A stretch of 62,523 nt of DNA, counting the filler, from an uncultured bacterium (lineage in GTDB: Bacteria > CAYJOG01): NCBI GenBank assembly GCA_964371695.1. It is 14 parts of 14 records of this genome, joined end to end, with 100 filler letters (N's around TTAATTAATTAA, not from the genome) between each part and the next. Parts side by side here need not be neighbours in the genome. Positions count along the whole stretch, not along the records: positions 1 to 4,440 come from CAYJOG010000289.1; positions 4,541 to 8,975 come from CAYJOG010000290.1; 12 more parts are not named here. The stretch is one strand, 5' to 3'. Numbering within the stretch: the first letter of the stretch is position 1; every line of letters begins with the position of its first letter. The translations under genes were made by a program, and so were the position numbers. This document shows, in pieces, positions 1 to 8,753 of the stretch. The notes under the pieces were generated by a model, which was not told the DNA's origin, made no database searches, and worked only from the letters and a program-made list of their open reading frames with translations.

Positions 1-30
1 CCCCAACCCTCTCCCTCAAGGGGAGAGGGG
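1..30. repeat. REP-like palindrome family A (CCCTCTCCC-n-GGGAGAGGG), dispersed and often in inverted doublets
   Basis: Copies at about 1-30, 1141-1206, 1336-1366, 15074-15113, 22491-22515, 28902-28940, 28994-29042, 32850-32878, 35958-35988, 43491-43566 and 43609-43649; all intergenic. Confidence 0.9.
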
Positions 31-81
31 GTAATTCATCCCGTCGCCAGAAAGATATTCCCAACCGTCAGCAATCTGCCC

Positions 82-1029
82 ATGCGCCCCGCACTGGAAC
101 CCTTGCCCGAAACACTCGACGCCGCTTTTGCCCGGCCCCTCAAAACATGGCTGGACACACTGGCGCTGGAGCGGGGCTTAAGCCGCCTCTCGCTGGCGGC
201 CTATCGCACGGATCTCATCCAGTTCTGCCTATTTTTTCAGGAGGCGGGCCGAAACGGCTTGGCCGACCTGGATTTTTCTGACGTATTGAACTGGCAGGAA
301 GACCTGTATCAGCGGGGTTACGAACCCGCCACCAAGGCGCGAAAAATCACGTCCATGCAGGGGTTTGTGAAGTTCCTCGAAAAACAGGGCGTGGTGCGCG
401 AGGGCCTCACGGGGCGCATGGCCCGGCCCAGCCCAAAAAGACGCCTGCCCAAGGTGATCAGCGAAGAACACCTGGGCCAGTTGCTGGGTTTTGACCATGG
501 TGACGATGAACTGGACCTGCGGGACAAAGCCGCCCTGGAACTGCTCTATGGCAGCGGCCTGCGGGTGTCGGAACTGGCGGGCCTGACGCCCCACATGCTC
601 AACCTGCACGAGGGCACTGTGCGGGTGACCGGCAAGCGCAACAAAACCCGCACCGTGCCGCTCACGCCGGTCACGGTGTCGGCCCTGGCGGCCTATCACC
701 AGAAACGCGCCCAGCGCCTGGGCAAGGGGGCGGCGGCGGCGCTCACGCTGCCGGTGCTCACGGACCTCAAGGACAAACCTCTTTCGCGCCAGGCCCTGTG
801 GGGCATGGTGAAAAAACGCGCCCTTGCGGCGGGACTGCCGGTGAAGGTGCATCCGCACCTGTTCCGCCACAGCTTCGCCACCCACCTGCTGGACCACGAC
901 GCGGACTTAAGAAGCGTGCAGGAAATGCTGGGCCACGCCGGCCTCACCACCACCGAGATTTACACCCATGTGTCCCACGCCAAACTCAAGGCGGCCTTTG
1001 CCAAGGCCCACCCAAGGTACTCGACGTAA
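82..1029 (+). CDS. xerD: Site-specific tyrosine recombinase XerD
   Basis: 315 aa. N-terminal SAM-like domain (ERGLS..SL.AY.TDL), ELLYGSGLRVSEL, HLFRHSFATH, LGH..LTTTEIYTHV (R-H-R-H-Y catalytic set). XerC is a less likely alternative. Confidence 0.85.
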   Translation: MRPALEPLPETLDAAFARPLKTWLDTLALERGLSRLSLAAYRTDLIQFCLFFQEAGRNGLADLDFSDVLNWQEDLYQRGYEPATKARKITSMQGFVKFLEKQGVVREGLTGRMARPSPKRRLPKVISEEHLGQLLGFDHGDDELDLRDKAALELLYGSGLRVSELAGLTPHMLNLHEGTVRVTGKRNKTRTVPLTPVTVSALAAYHQKRAQRLGKGAAAALTLPVLTDLKDKPLSRQALWGMVKKRALAAGLPVKVHPHLFRHSFATHLLDHDADLRSVQEMLGHAGLTTTEIYTHVSHAKLKAAFAKAHPRYST

Positions 1030-1093
1030 TTGCCCGTATAAGAGCATCGTCGGAGTAAGTGCGGATAGGACGGAGTCGCAAATGCCCTCTCCC

Positions 1094-1424
1094 TAGAGCG
1101 TTTTCGGAAATGGTAGATCAAAAAGCGGGGCGGTTCTTCACCTCTCCCCTTGAGGGAGAGGTCGGATGGCTTGGCCCCAAAAGGCCAAGCCATCCGGGTG
1201 AGGGGTTCAAACAAAAAGCAAAAACCTTGGTTGGTTTTTATTTTTTGAATAGACCCCGGCGCTGTCGCGCCGCTGGGCGCGCCCGGCAGCATCAATATGC
1301 TGCCGCATTCCCAAAAGACCATCCCGCGCCCATTACCCCAACCCTCTCCCTCAAGGGGAGAGGGGGTAGACATTGCCCTGTGTCAGCTTCGGATGCCTGC
1401 TCCATTAATTCCAAAAATGCTCTA
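1094..1424. mobile_element. MITE-like element with TAGAGCRTTTT terminal inverted repeats enclosing a family A REP doublet
   Basis: TAGAGCGTTTTCGGAAAT at 1094 is inverted relative to AATTCCAAAAATGCTCTA ending at 1424; no plausible coding content. Confidence 0.6.
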
Positions 1425-1444
1425 ATGAAAAAAGTCATCTGTTT

Positions 1445-2410
1445 TTACCTTCCCAACGGCACGCCGGGGGCCGGGTTGTTGCTGCCATGCAGGCTGTCAT
1501 GGCACCCGCTGGCATAACAGGTGAGGCCGGAGAAATGATCTCCCCGGTCGGTGTGGCACTCGGCGCACAGGGCACGCCCCTGGGTTTTGAGCAGGGCGCT
1601 GCGACCCGCGCCGTGGGGGTCGTGGCAGTGGGTGCAGCCTTCGCCAAACATCCCCTGCGTGGCGGCGTGTTCAAACAGAAAGGGGCCTTCCTTTTCCTGA
1701 TGGCAATTTGTACATAGGGCGGGTTGTGTGTCGTGCAGCAGATAATCCGCCCCCGCCGGGCTGCCGTGGGGGTTGTGGCAACTGGTGCAGTCCAGGCCGC
1801 CTTCTTTCACCGTGTGATGGCTGAACGCCCCCAGTTGCCCCCGCCGCTGGGGGTGGCAACCGATGCACAGGGTGGGCTGTGATTTTCGCAGGTTCTGCCG
1901 CCCCTTGGGGTGTGCGGACACCAGGGCCTCGCGCTCGTGTACGTCGTGACAGGTCTGGCAACCCAACCCCGCGCTGGGGTGGGCGCTCAAACGCCACAGG
2001 GCCTCTTCGCGCAGGGCGCGCACACCGGCCTCCTGCGGGTTGTTGTGGCAATTCAGACAAGCCGCATCGGTGACGGGGGCGTGATCCACATGGGGGTCGC
2101 CCGCGTGACAGGCGGCGCAATAATCCATCCCCTTCGTCTTGCCCTTTTTCTCGCGAAAGGCCAGCACCCGGCCGTGCAGGGAATGATCCATGCCTTCGTT
2201 CTCCCAGTCGTGACAACTCAGGCACAGGGCCGAGCCTTTTTCTTTGGCCGATGTTTTTGCCAAGGGTTTGGCAGATTTGATTTTGCCCAGAGATGCCGGT
2301 TTTGGGGCCGCCCCCTGTGTGGGCAGATTCAGGAACATCAGGCAGGCTGTCACACCCCAGCACAGGGCGCTGGCCCAGGCCCAGGGATTTTTCACTTTTT
2401 CAAGGCGCAC
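1445..2410 (-). CDS. DmsE/MtrA-family decaheme c-type cytochrome
   Basis: N-terminal signal/anchor. Nine CxxCH motifs (CLSCH, CAACH, CLNCH, CQTCH, CIGCH, CTSCH, CTNCH, CTHCH, CAECH) plus terminal CYASGCH..LHGSN. CHNPHGS, EKEGPFLFEH and CHDPHG motifs are typical of MtrA/DmsE. Confidence 0.9.
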   Translation of the reverse strand: MRLEKVKNPWAWASALCWGVTACLMFLNLPTQGAAPKPASLGKIKSAKPLAKTSAKEKGSALCLSCHDWENEGMDHSLHGRVLAFREKKGKTKGMDYCAACHAGDPHVDHAPVTDAACLNCHNNPQEAGVRALREEALWRLSAHPSAGLGCQTCHDVHEREALVSAHPKGRQNLRKSQPTLCIGCHPQRRGQLGAFSHHTVKEGGLDCTSCHNPHGSPAGADYLLHDTQPALCTNCHQEKEGPFLFEHAATQGMFGEGCTHCHDPHGAGRSALLKTQGRALCAECHTDRGDHFSGLTCYASGCHDSLHGSNNPAPGVPLGR

Positions 2411-3608
2411 AAAGGCTGCTCAGGCCGGTCTGGTTCACGATCACCTCCAGCAATTTCGCCACGTCACCCACGTCGGGGCTGGCTGATCCGGCGGGTTGCT
2501 GAGCATCAAAATTACAGCGCCCCAGGGTGCATCGGCTTTGGGGATCGTTGCCTGAGAGCACGATGTCCAGCAAGGCCGAGAGGTCGGACGTGTCGGGGTC
2601 AAACCGGTCTGTTCCCAGCGCACCATCCACATTGCAACGATTCGACGTGTCCAGCAGCGTCAGGCCGTCTCCCAGGGCGGCGGCCTTCAGCCCCGCGCCG
2701 TTTTCGGCCCGCACGGTGGCGTAGATTTTCTGGCCGTGTGTGAGGGTCAGGCCCGTGAAGGTGTGGCTGGTGGCGGCGGCGCTGGCGCTCACCGCCACGT
2801 CGCTCGCCCCCGGCGACGTGCCCAGCGACACGCTGTAACCCACCACGTTGCTTTCGGCGTCGGTGGCGGCCTGCCAGTTCACCGTGAGAGACGCCGCCGT
2901 GGGGGCGAAATCCAGGTCCGCCGCGCCGCCTTCGCTCACCGCGCCCGCCGCAAACACCGGCGGCGTGGTGTCGGCAGAAGACCCCTCCGTCACCGTGGGC
3001 GGCGAAATGAGGGTGTAGATTTTGTCGCCACTGCTGGAGCCGTTGTTGTTGGCGGCGTTGCCCGCCGCATAAAACGTCACGGCTCCTGCCCCGGCGGTGG
3101 GGGCGGTCCAGCGAAAGGTCCAGCTCGCCTCGCTGGACGTGCCCGAAAAAGTACCGGTGGATTTGTGTTCCAGATAACCCTCGCTGTTGGTCTGGGCAAA
3201 GGTGGTGTTCTCAGGCGTGAGTGTGCCCGTCACCACACCCTGGGCGGTTTTGGCCACCAGTTGAAAACCCCAGCGGCTGGCGGTGGGGTCTTGCAGCGTG
3301 AGTTGCAGGCCGGTGAGGGTGGCCCCCGGCGTGTAACTGGCGGGCAGGCCGGTGAGCAGCAACTGACCGCTGCCGCTGTTGGTGGCAGAGCCGCTGTGAC
3401 AACCGCTGGTGTTGCAGGTGCCCGCGTCGCCGGGTGCGCCGGTGCGCTGACTGGGGGGGCCGCTGCTGAAAGCCATCGCCCGGCCGCTGCCCCCCATGGG
3501 GCGCAGGCAAAGGCTCACGGTTTGATAAACCTGGGGCAGCACCAGAACAGCGCCCGCAAAAAACAGCAGCAGCGTCCCACGGGCGCGGGGGTGAAGGTGA
3601 GGGTGCAT
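2400..3608 (-). CDS. Secreted Reeler/choice-of-anchor-V domain protein with FN3-like domain and C-terminal Cys-rich dockerin-like module
   Basis: Hydrophobic N-terminus; AFSSGPP..RTGAPGD..TCNTSGCH; YTPG, WGFQL, WTFRWTAP..G.G.VTFYAAGNAANNNG..SGD.IY; FN3-like W.AATDAES..V.Y..SLGT; duplicated Ca-loop/helix tail. Start uncertain (3608 or 3629). Confidence 0.8.
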   Translation of the reverse strand: MHPHLHPRARGTLLLFFAGAVLVLPQVYQTVSLCLRPMGGSGRAMAFSSGPPSQRTGAPGDAGTCNTSGCHSGSATNSGSGQLLLTGLPASYTPGATLTGLQLTLQDPTASRWGFQLVAKTAQGVVTGTLTPENTTFAQTNSEGYLEHKSTGTFSGTSSEASWTFRWTAPTAGAGAVTFYAAGNAANNNGSSSGDKIYTLISPPTVTEGSSADTTPPVFAAGAVSEGGAADLDFAPTAASLTVNWQAATDAESNVVGYSVSLGTSPGASDVAVSASAAATSHTFTGLTLTHGQKIYATVRAENGAGLKAAALGDGLTLLDTSNRCNVDGALGTDRFDPDTSDLSALLDIVLSGNDPQSRCTLGRCNFDAQQPAGSASPDVGDVAKLLEVIVNQTGLSSLCAP

Positions 3609-3629
3609 GGTGAGGGGAAATATTAACAA

Positions 3630-3660
3630 GGAAGTTGGAAGTCAGAGGTCAGAAGCCGGA
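3630..3660. repeat. Degenerate heptamer arrays (GGAAGTT/GGAAGCT/GGAGGTT type)
   Basis: Short arrays at about 3630-3660, 22437-22468, 32782-32828, 32896-32921 (rc), 39295-39368, 39590-39617 (rc) and 43664-43695 (rc). Confidence 0.75.
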
Positions 3661-3759
3661 AAAAGAAAAAGACGCCTGCCCAATTCTGTTTTCTTTTGGT
3701 GGCGCAGGCATCTTGCCTGCGTTCACATAAAAGGCAGGCGGGACCACAGGCGAGGACGT

Positions 3760-3971
3760 CCATTGCTATCAGGTTTGCGCGAAAAGTCCCGAATTATCGG
3801 GGAGTTTTTGAGGTAGCCCCGGCGTCCCGCCGGGAGTATCCACCGCGCCAAAGGCGCGCACCATTCAGATTCCTTTTCGGGCTCCCTGAAAAAACCCTGT
3901 TGGGTGACGCCTTCGGCGTTTTTTTGCTCCCGGCGGGACGCCGGGGCTACCCATAAACCTGACAGCAATGG
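3760..3971. mobile_element. MITE-like element (TIR CCATTGCTRTCAGGTTT) containing an inverted GTAGCCCCGGCGTCCCGCCGGGAG REP doublet
   Basis: CCATTGCTATCAGGTTT ... AAACCTGACAGCAATGG. Related partial copies at 40580-40716 (reverse) and about 58367-58434. Confidence 0.75.
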
Positions 3972-4028
3972 GCAAAGACGCCTGTGGCTACTGGCCCCAC
4001 CAGAACTGGATTTTTTCTTTTGTTTCAA

Positions 4029-4055
4029 CTGGATTCCCGCTTTCGCGGGAATGAC
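4029..4055. repeat. REP-like palindrome family B (GTCATTCCCGCGAAAGCGGGAATCCAG)
   Basis: Copies at about 4029-4055, 18133-18146 (partial), 18287-18315, 39396-39424 and 49686-49712. Confidence 0.9.
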
Positions 4056-4070
4056 GCCCCACACCTCTTT

Positions 4071-4440
4071 TTATATCCCGCTGAACTCCGCCGAAAGTGT
4101 GGCCTTGAGGGAATAACCGCTGTAATTGGAGCCAGGCGCGCCGCCTGCGTTGCTTTTACGGTCAAAGGCCACGTCCAGCGCCGTGAGGCTGGTGAGGCGG
4201 TATTTCATGCCCACGGTGAGCGACTGGTTGCGCGCCGCGCCCAGAAAACTGCCTGTGGCGGCGTTCAGCACACTGGCGGTGCGCGAACTGTTCCACGCGC
4301 CGTTGAAGCTCAGTTTGGGGTTGACGGTGTAGCTGAAGTTCAGCCGCATGGCGGGCGTGGTCCCGCCAAAGGTATAGGAAAAATCAGTGGTGACCGCCTG
4401 CATGGGGTTGAACCGGAACGAAAACGTGCCCGCCTTGTTG
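4071..4440 (-). CDS. C-terminal fragment of a probable outer-membrane beta-barrel protein (5' end cut by contig edge)
   Basis: The frame is open to the contig end. Alternating amphipathic strands (RLNFSYTVN, LSFNGAW, SLTVGMKYRL, ALDVAFD, NYSGYSLKATLSAEF). Confidence 0.65.
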
Positions 4441-4540
4441 NNNNNNNNNNNNNNNNNNNNNNNNNNNNNNNNNNNNNNNNNNNNTTAATTAATTAANNNN
4501 NNNNNNNNNNNNNNNNNNNNNNNNNNNNNNNNNNNNNNNN
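4441..4540. other. Artificial contig spacer (N-TTAATTAATTAA-N)
   Basis: The same 100-nt spacer also occurs at 8976, 13508, 18033, 22543, 27052, 31543, 36023, 40480, 44932, 49369, 53764 and 58145; it has stops in all six frames. Confidence 0.99.
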
Positions 4541-5490
4541 AACTGGGCGTGGGGGGTGTGGGCATCCCGGCCACCTTGCTGGCCGGGTCGGTGGCGCCCG
4601 CATTTTTGAGCGTGCTGGCGGGGGGCAAAAAAGACCTGATCGAGCGCTATGTGGCCCCCTATTGCGAAGACACCCAGGCGCGGCATATTTCCGCCTGGGG
4701 CAGTTCAGAGGGCAACATCGGATCGGACGGCAGCAACTATCACGACCCGGCGGTGCGCCACGAAACCACCGCCCGGCCAAACGACACCGGCTGGGTTATT
4801 GAGGGTGCCAAGTCCAGCTTTGTGAGCAACGGCAGCATCGCCGACCTGTTTCTTGTTTTTGCCTGCACAGATCCTGACAAAGGGATTTGTGGATCGGGTG
4901 TTTATCTGGTGCCCCACGACGAAACCGTGCATCGGGGCAAGGCGCTGGACAAGCTGGGCATGCGCGCGCTGAACCAGGGAGAGGTGTTTTTTGACCAGAC
5001 ACACATCTCACAAGACCACCAGATCATGCCCCCCAGCGACAACTACCCCGTGATTCACAACGCCATCAAAACAGTGGGCAATATCGGTGTGGGTTATCTG
5101 GCGCTGGGCCTGATGCGGGCGGCCTATGAAGACGCCCTGCAATACGCCAAAGAGCGCGCCCAGTTTGGCAAGCCCATTTTGCAGCACCAGGCCATCGGCT
5201 TTCGCCTGTTCGAGGCATATCAGGCCATAGAAGCGGCTCGCGGCCTGTTGTGGAAAGCCTCCTGGACCCTGGCGAACAAATTCATGGGAGACCTCAAACT
5301 CTCTGCCGCCGCCCGCGTGTTCGCCACCAACATGGCCATGAAACACACGGTGGAAATGGTGCAGGTGCTGGGGGGTTATGGTATTTCCAAGGAATACTCA
5401 CTGGAAAAATACATGCGCGACGCCAAGCTGCTGCAGATCATGGACGCCACCAATGAAATCATGTCTATCAAGGGCATCGCCCTGATGTAA
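4541..5490 (+). CDS. Acyl-CoA dehydrogenase (5' partial)
   Basis: W.IEGAKSSFVSNG, DKLGMRA, YAKERAQFGKPI..HQAI.F.L, VQVLGGYG...EY.LEKYMRDAK. Confidence 0.93.
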
Positions 5491-5580
5491 CCGGTCAATC
5501 CGCGAGGGGGTCACTTCATCCTGCTCTTGTGTTTTTGACTGGAATTGAATTTTTGGAACCGACATCAGTAAGATTTTCAA

Positions 5581-6789
5581 GTGAATCCCACGAGGACTAC
5601 AAAAAGTTCCGTCTCCCGGTTCGACAAACTCTGGTATCGGTATGTCCATAATCCAACGAAAAAAATACGCACGTTTTATAAGGTGGGAGTTTTTTTAACA
5701 GCCGGGGCGTTGGCCCTGTTCATCTGGCAATCCAGCAGGCACAACCCCGCCACCCAGCAGGCAACACCCCAACAAAGGGCTGCCCACCTTCTTTATCGGG
5801 CGGACCTTTGGGTGGATAAGGGTGACAAAAAAAGGGCCGGTGACCTGATTGAATCTGCCGTGGGCGTGGCCCCCAAATGGCCCGATGTGTGGGTAAAAAG
5901 GGGCTTCTTGAAATTGTCCGAGGGCAAGGCCAACAACGCCCTGATGGATTTTGAACAGGCCGGGCGCCTGGGCTCCAAGGTAGACATGGAGGCCGGTCTG
6001 GCAGAGGTTTATTTGTCCCTCCAGTTACCAAGGAATGCAGAAAAACACGCACGGCGGGCTTTGGCCATAAAGGGTGCGTTGGTGTCTGTGCGCCTTTGTC
6101 TTGTGCAGGCGCTCCTGGCCCAGGGCCGCAACGCCGAAGCAGCCCTGGAAATTCGCAAAGCCCTCCAGTTGCAAAATGACAACCCCATGGCCTGGACCCT
6201 GAAAGGCGACGTGGCCCTGCGTCTTGGTCAGCCCGCTCTGGCCAGAACCGCATACGAGACCGCGTTGAAATTTGCCCCCGGCGCGTCAGGCGCCCTGATG
6301 GGTGTGGGAGAGGCTTTCCTGGAGCAGGGCCAACCGGACCGTGCCCGCCGTTGGTACCTCGACCACCTGAAACCCGGCAATGCCGGCCCGGTTTTCAATA
6401 ACCTCGCGTTGGTTTACCTTGTCAAACCCTTCAATCCCAAAACGGCCAATAAACTGGCCTACTCCGCAGTGCGACAAAACCCCATCAGCCCCGCTTATAA
6501 AGACACCCTTGGCCGCACCCTGCTGGCCCAGGGCAAATACCGTGAAGCGGAAGTCTGGCTCCGGCAGGCCATGGACGGCGCACCTGCCCATCCTGCCCCA
6601 CGCTATTTTCTGGCCGCAGCCCTGGCCATGGGAAAGGACTTTGACCACGCTGCGGCTTTGTTGGACGAGGGACTGAACGGCAGCGTCGTACTCCATGGAC
6701 CCACCAGCAAAAAGTCTTATCAATCCCTGCTGAGGGCGGTCCATGCCAAGCGTGACCGGTTTCAGCTCAACTGGGGATTGGCCGGTTGA
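5581..6789 (+). CDS. Membrane-anchored tetratricopeptide-repeat protein (PrsT-like)
   Basis: N-terminal TM segment; multiple TPRs; NNLA.VY and Y.DTLG..L motifs. Start uncertain. Confidence 0.8.
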   Translation: MNPTRTTKSSVSRFDKLWYRYVHNPTKKIRTFYKVGVFLTAGALALFIWQSSRHNPATQQATPQQRAAHLLYRADLWVDKGDKKRAGDLIESAVGVAPKWPDVWVKRGFLKLSEGKANNALMDFEQAGRLGSKVDMEAGLAEVYLSLQLPRNAEKHARRALAIKGALVSVRLCLVQALLAQGRNAEAALEIRKALQLQNDNPMAWTLKGDVALRLGQPALARTAYETALKFAPGASGALMGVGEAFLEQGQPDRARRWYLDHLKPGNAGPVFNNLALVYLVKPFNPKTANKLAYSAVRQNPISPAYKDTLGRTLLAQGKYREAEVWLRQAMDGAPAHPAPRYFLAAALAMGKDFDHAAALLDEGLNGSVVLHGPTSKKSYQSLLRAVHAKRDRFQLNWGLAG

Positions 6790-7892
6790 GATTTTCCCGA
6801 CGTTTCTGGCTTCTTCCCTGCCTGGCCGTGGTGCTTTCGGGTTGTGGACGAAAATCAACCTCCCTTTCCCAGGCAGGTTCGGGCCCCCCTCCTGGCCCGG
6901 CGGCGAAGTTGGAAGCCCAGGCCGGGGCCGCCCTGAAAAAGGGGAAGATCCGTGAGGCCCGAAAAATCTTTTTGACGGCAGTTCAGCGCTACCCGGAGGA
7001 TGCACACGCCTGGGCTTCGGCGGGCGCTTTTTTTGCCTCCACGGGAGATATGGACCGGGCGATTCAGGATTTTGAAAAGGCCGCCACCCACGGTTCCTAT
7101 GCCGGCATCGAACAAAGCCTCGCGGCCTTGTATTTCAAAAAAGGACTCCCGGCCCGCACCCTCACCCACGCCCAAAAGGCATTGGAATTGAACCCGAAAC
7201 TTCCCCTGGCCGAGATGTTGTTGGTAGACGCTCTCCTTTCTCAAGGTCAAAGACCCGAGGCCCTGAGGGAGGTCCAAAAAGCCGTCACGATATTTCCCCG
7301 GGATGGAGGCTTGTGGGCGGTGCGCGGCGACGTGGAACTTGCCCTGGGCGCGAAAAAAAACGCCGCCTCCTCCTATCGAAAAGCCCTGGCCCTGAACCAG
7401 GACAACCCCCGGGCCTCCCTGGGCCAGGCCCTCCTGATGAGCCTGACAGGCAACAAACAACAGGCCGTCGCCACCCTCGAAAAAGCTCTTCGCTATCGCA
7501 CGAACCCCGATGTACTCGTGGCCCTTGCCAAGCTACTTTTATCCGATCCCAAACGCCATGCCGAATCCATGAGTCTGGCCCGGCGCGCCCATCTTCTTCA
7601 GCCCGACAATCCCGAATACAAATTCGTTTTGGCCCGAACCCTTTTCGCCCATGGCAAAACCCTGGACGCCGCACGCCTCCTCGAAGAAACCGTCATCCAG
7701 GTTCCCGGTTCTTTGGCGGCCTGGCTCCTGCTCGAACGAGCCTATTCCCAAATGGGCCTACTGGATAAAAGCAGGCAAATCCTGGAGGGCATATTGGCCG
7801 ATAAACAACTTAAGCTAACCGGGGACCGTTTGGCCCTTTTGAAAGGCCGTCTTCAGGAGGTTCGAGCCAAACAAAAGTCAAAAAGAAAATAG
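6786..7892 (+). CDS. TPR lipoprotein (PrsT-like)
   Basis: Lipobox LAVVLSGC; repeated TPR helices; overlaps the previous stop by 4 nt. Confidence 0.82.
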   Translation: MRFSRRFWLLPCLAVVLSGCGRKSTSLSQAGSGPPPGPAAKLEAQAGAALKKGKIREARKIFLTAVQRYPEDAHAWASAGAFFASTGDMDRAIQDFEKAATHGSYAGIEQSLAALYFKKGLPARTLTHAQKALELNPKLPLAEMLLVDALLSQGQRPEALREVQKAVTIFPRDGGLWAVRGDVELALGAKKNAASSYRKALALNQDNPRASLGQALLMSLTGNKQQAVATLEKALRYRTNPDVLVALAKLLLSDPKRHAESMSLARRAHLLQPDNPEYKFVLARTLFAHGKTLDAARLLEETVIQVPGSLAAWLLLERAYSQMGLLDKSRQILEGILADKQLKLTGDRLALLKGRLQEVRAKQKSKRK

Positions 7893-7930
7893 TTCACTTA
7901 GGCAAAGCACCTAAAATCAGGCAAAAATTT

Positions 7931-8743
7931 ATGGCCAACAAGGAAACATCGCCGCGCCTTTCTTCTGCGGGCCTTTCCCGGCATCTGCGGCTGGGGACCA
8001 TCGGGGCGGTGCTTTTTGGCGTCATGACGCTGGGTTCTGCGGCCTGGGGTTTTGCCGTCTCCGGCTTTAGCTGGCCCAGCTTCCCCCTCAACTTCTACAT
8101 CCGCAACAACAACAGCGACATCGGCGCCGCAGCCACCAACGCGGCCATCACTGCGGCCTTCGCGATGTGGTCGTCAGTCGCCGGCGTATCTTTTGTCCAG
8201 ACCTTCGTGGACCCCATTGGCGGCGCGCCGCCCAACCCCACCGACATGAGCAACCCGGCGAACATTCCCAATGGTGTGCTGACCATCGAGTTCGCCGCCC
8301 AGGCCTCCTATTCCAACCTCGGGGCCTGCGCTGGCGCGCCCACCCTTGGCTGCGCTTTCTGGAAAGGGGCCGGCAGCGATATTCTGGGCGCCCGCATCGA
8401 GATCTTTGATAGTAATGGCCTCGGTGACATCCAGTGGGCCACCGCTCCCGGTCCTGCCGAAGTCGACCTGCAAACCGTCCTGGCTCATGAAATCGGTCAT
8501 TCCCTCGGCATGAACCACAGCGGCGTGGCCTCGGCGCTGATGTTCCCCAGCTACACACCCGGAACACAAATCCACACGCTCGATCCCGATGACTCCGCCG
8601 GCATCATCTCGGTGTATGGCGCCGCCAGCAGTTCCACGCCCCTTCCCGCAACCTGGGTTCTGTTGGCCCTGGCGGTGGCCCAGATACTGTTCAGAACAAT
8701 CAAAACAAGACCCCCTGCGGCCATGGCCAATGCATCTGCCTGA
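7931..8743 (+). CDS. Matrixin (M10) zinc metalloprotease with C-terminal VPLPA/PEP-CTERM-like sorting signal
   Basis: Signal peptide; AF..WS.V; DLQTVLAHEIGHSLGMNHS (HExxHxxGxxH); Met-turn ALMFP; L..DD..GI...YG; tail TPLPATW + TM helix + basic residues. Confidence 0.9.
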   Translation: MANKETSPRLSSAGLSRHLRLGTIGAVLFGVMTLGSAAWGFAVSGFSWPSFPLNFYIRNNNSDIGAAATNAAITAAFAMWSSVAGVSFVQTFVDPIGGAPPNPTDMSNPANIPNGVLTIEFAAQASYSNLGACAGAPTLGCAFWKGAGSDILGARIEIFDSNGLGDIQWATAPGPAEVDLQTVLAHEIGHSLGMNHSGVASALMFPSYTPGTQIHTLDPDDSAGIISVYGAASSSTPLPATWVLLALAVAQILFRTIKTRPPAAMANASA

Positions 8744-8753
8744 GAGCGCGCCC

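Noticed and set aside
82-1029. Tyrosine recombinase as a prophage or integron integrase
   Set aside because: Length and motifs fit chromosomal XerD; there is no IntI-specific insertion and no attC cassette array adjacent.
960-1517. ORFs containing PSPLEGEG/PLSPxGERVG/VIPAKAGIQ peptides (also 15040-15378, 28947 N-terminus, 43465-43704, 49608-49823)
   Set aside because: Translations of REP repeats, not genes.
4441-4540. Regularly spaced TTAATTAATTAA motif about every 4.5 kb
   Set aside because: Artificial six-frame-stop contig linker. Associations across these spacers (e.g. ankyrin with the ABC exporter, terminase with the TPR gene) are not biological evidence.
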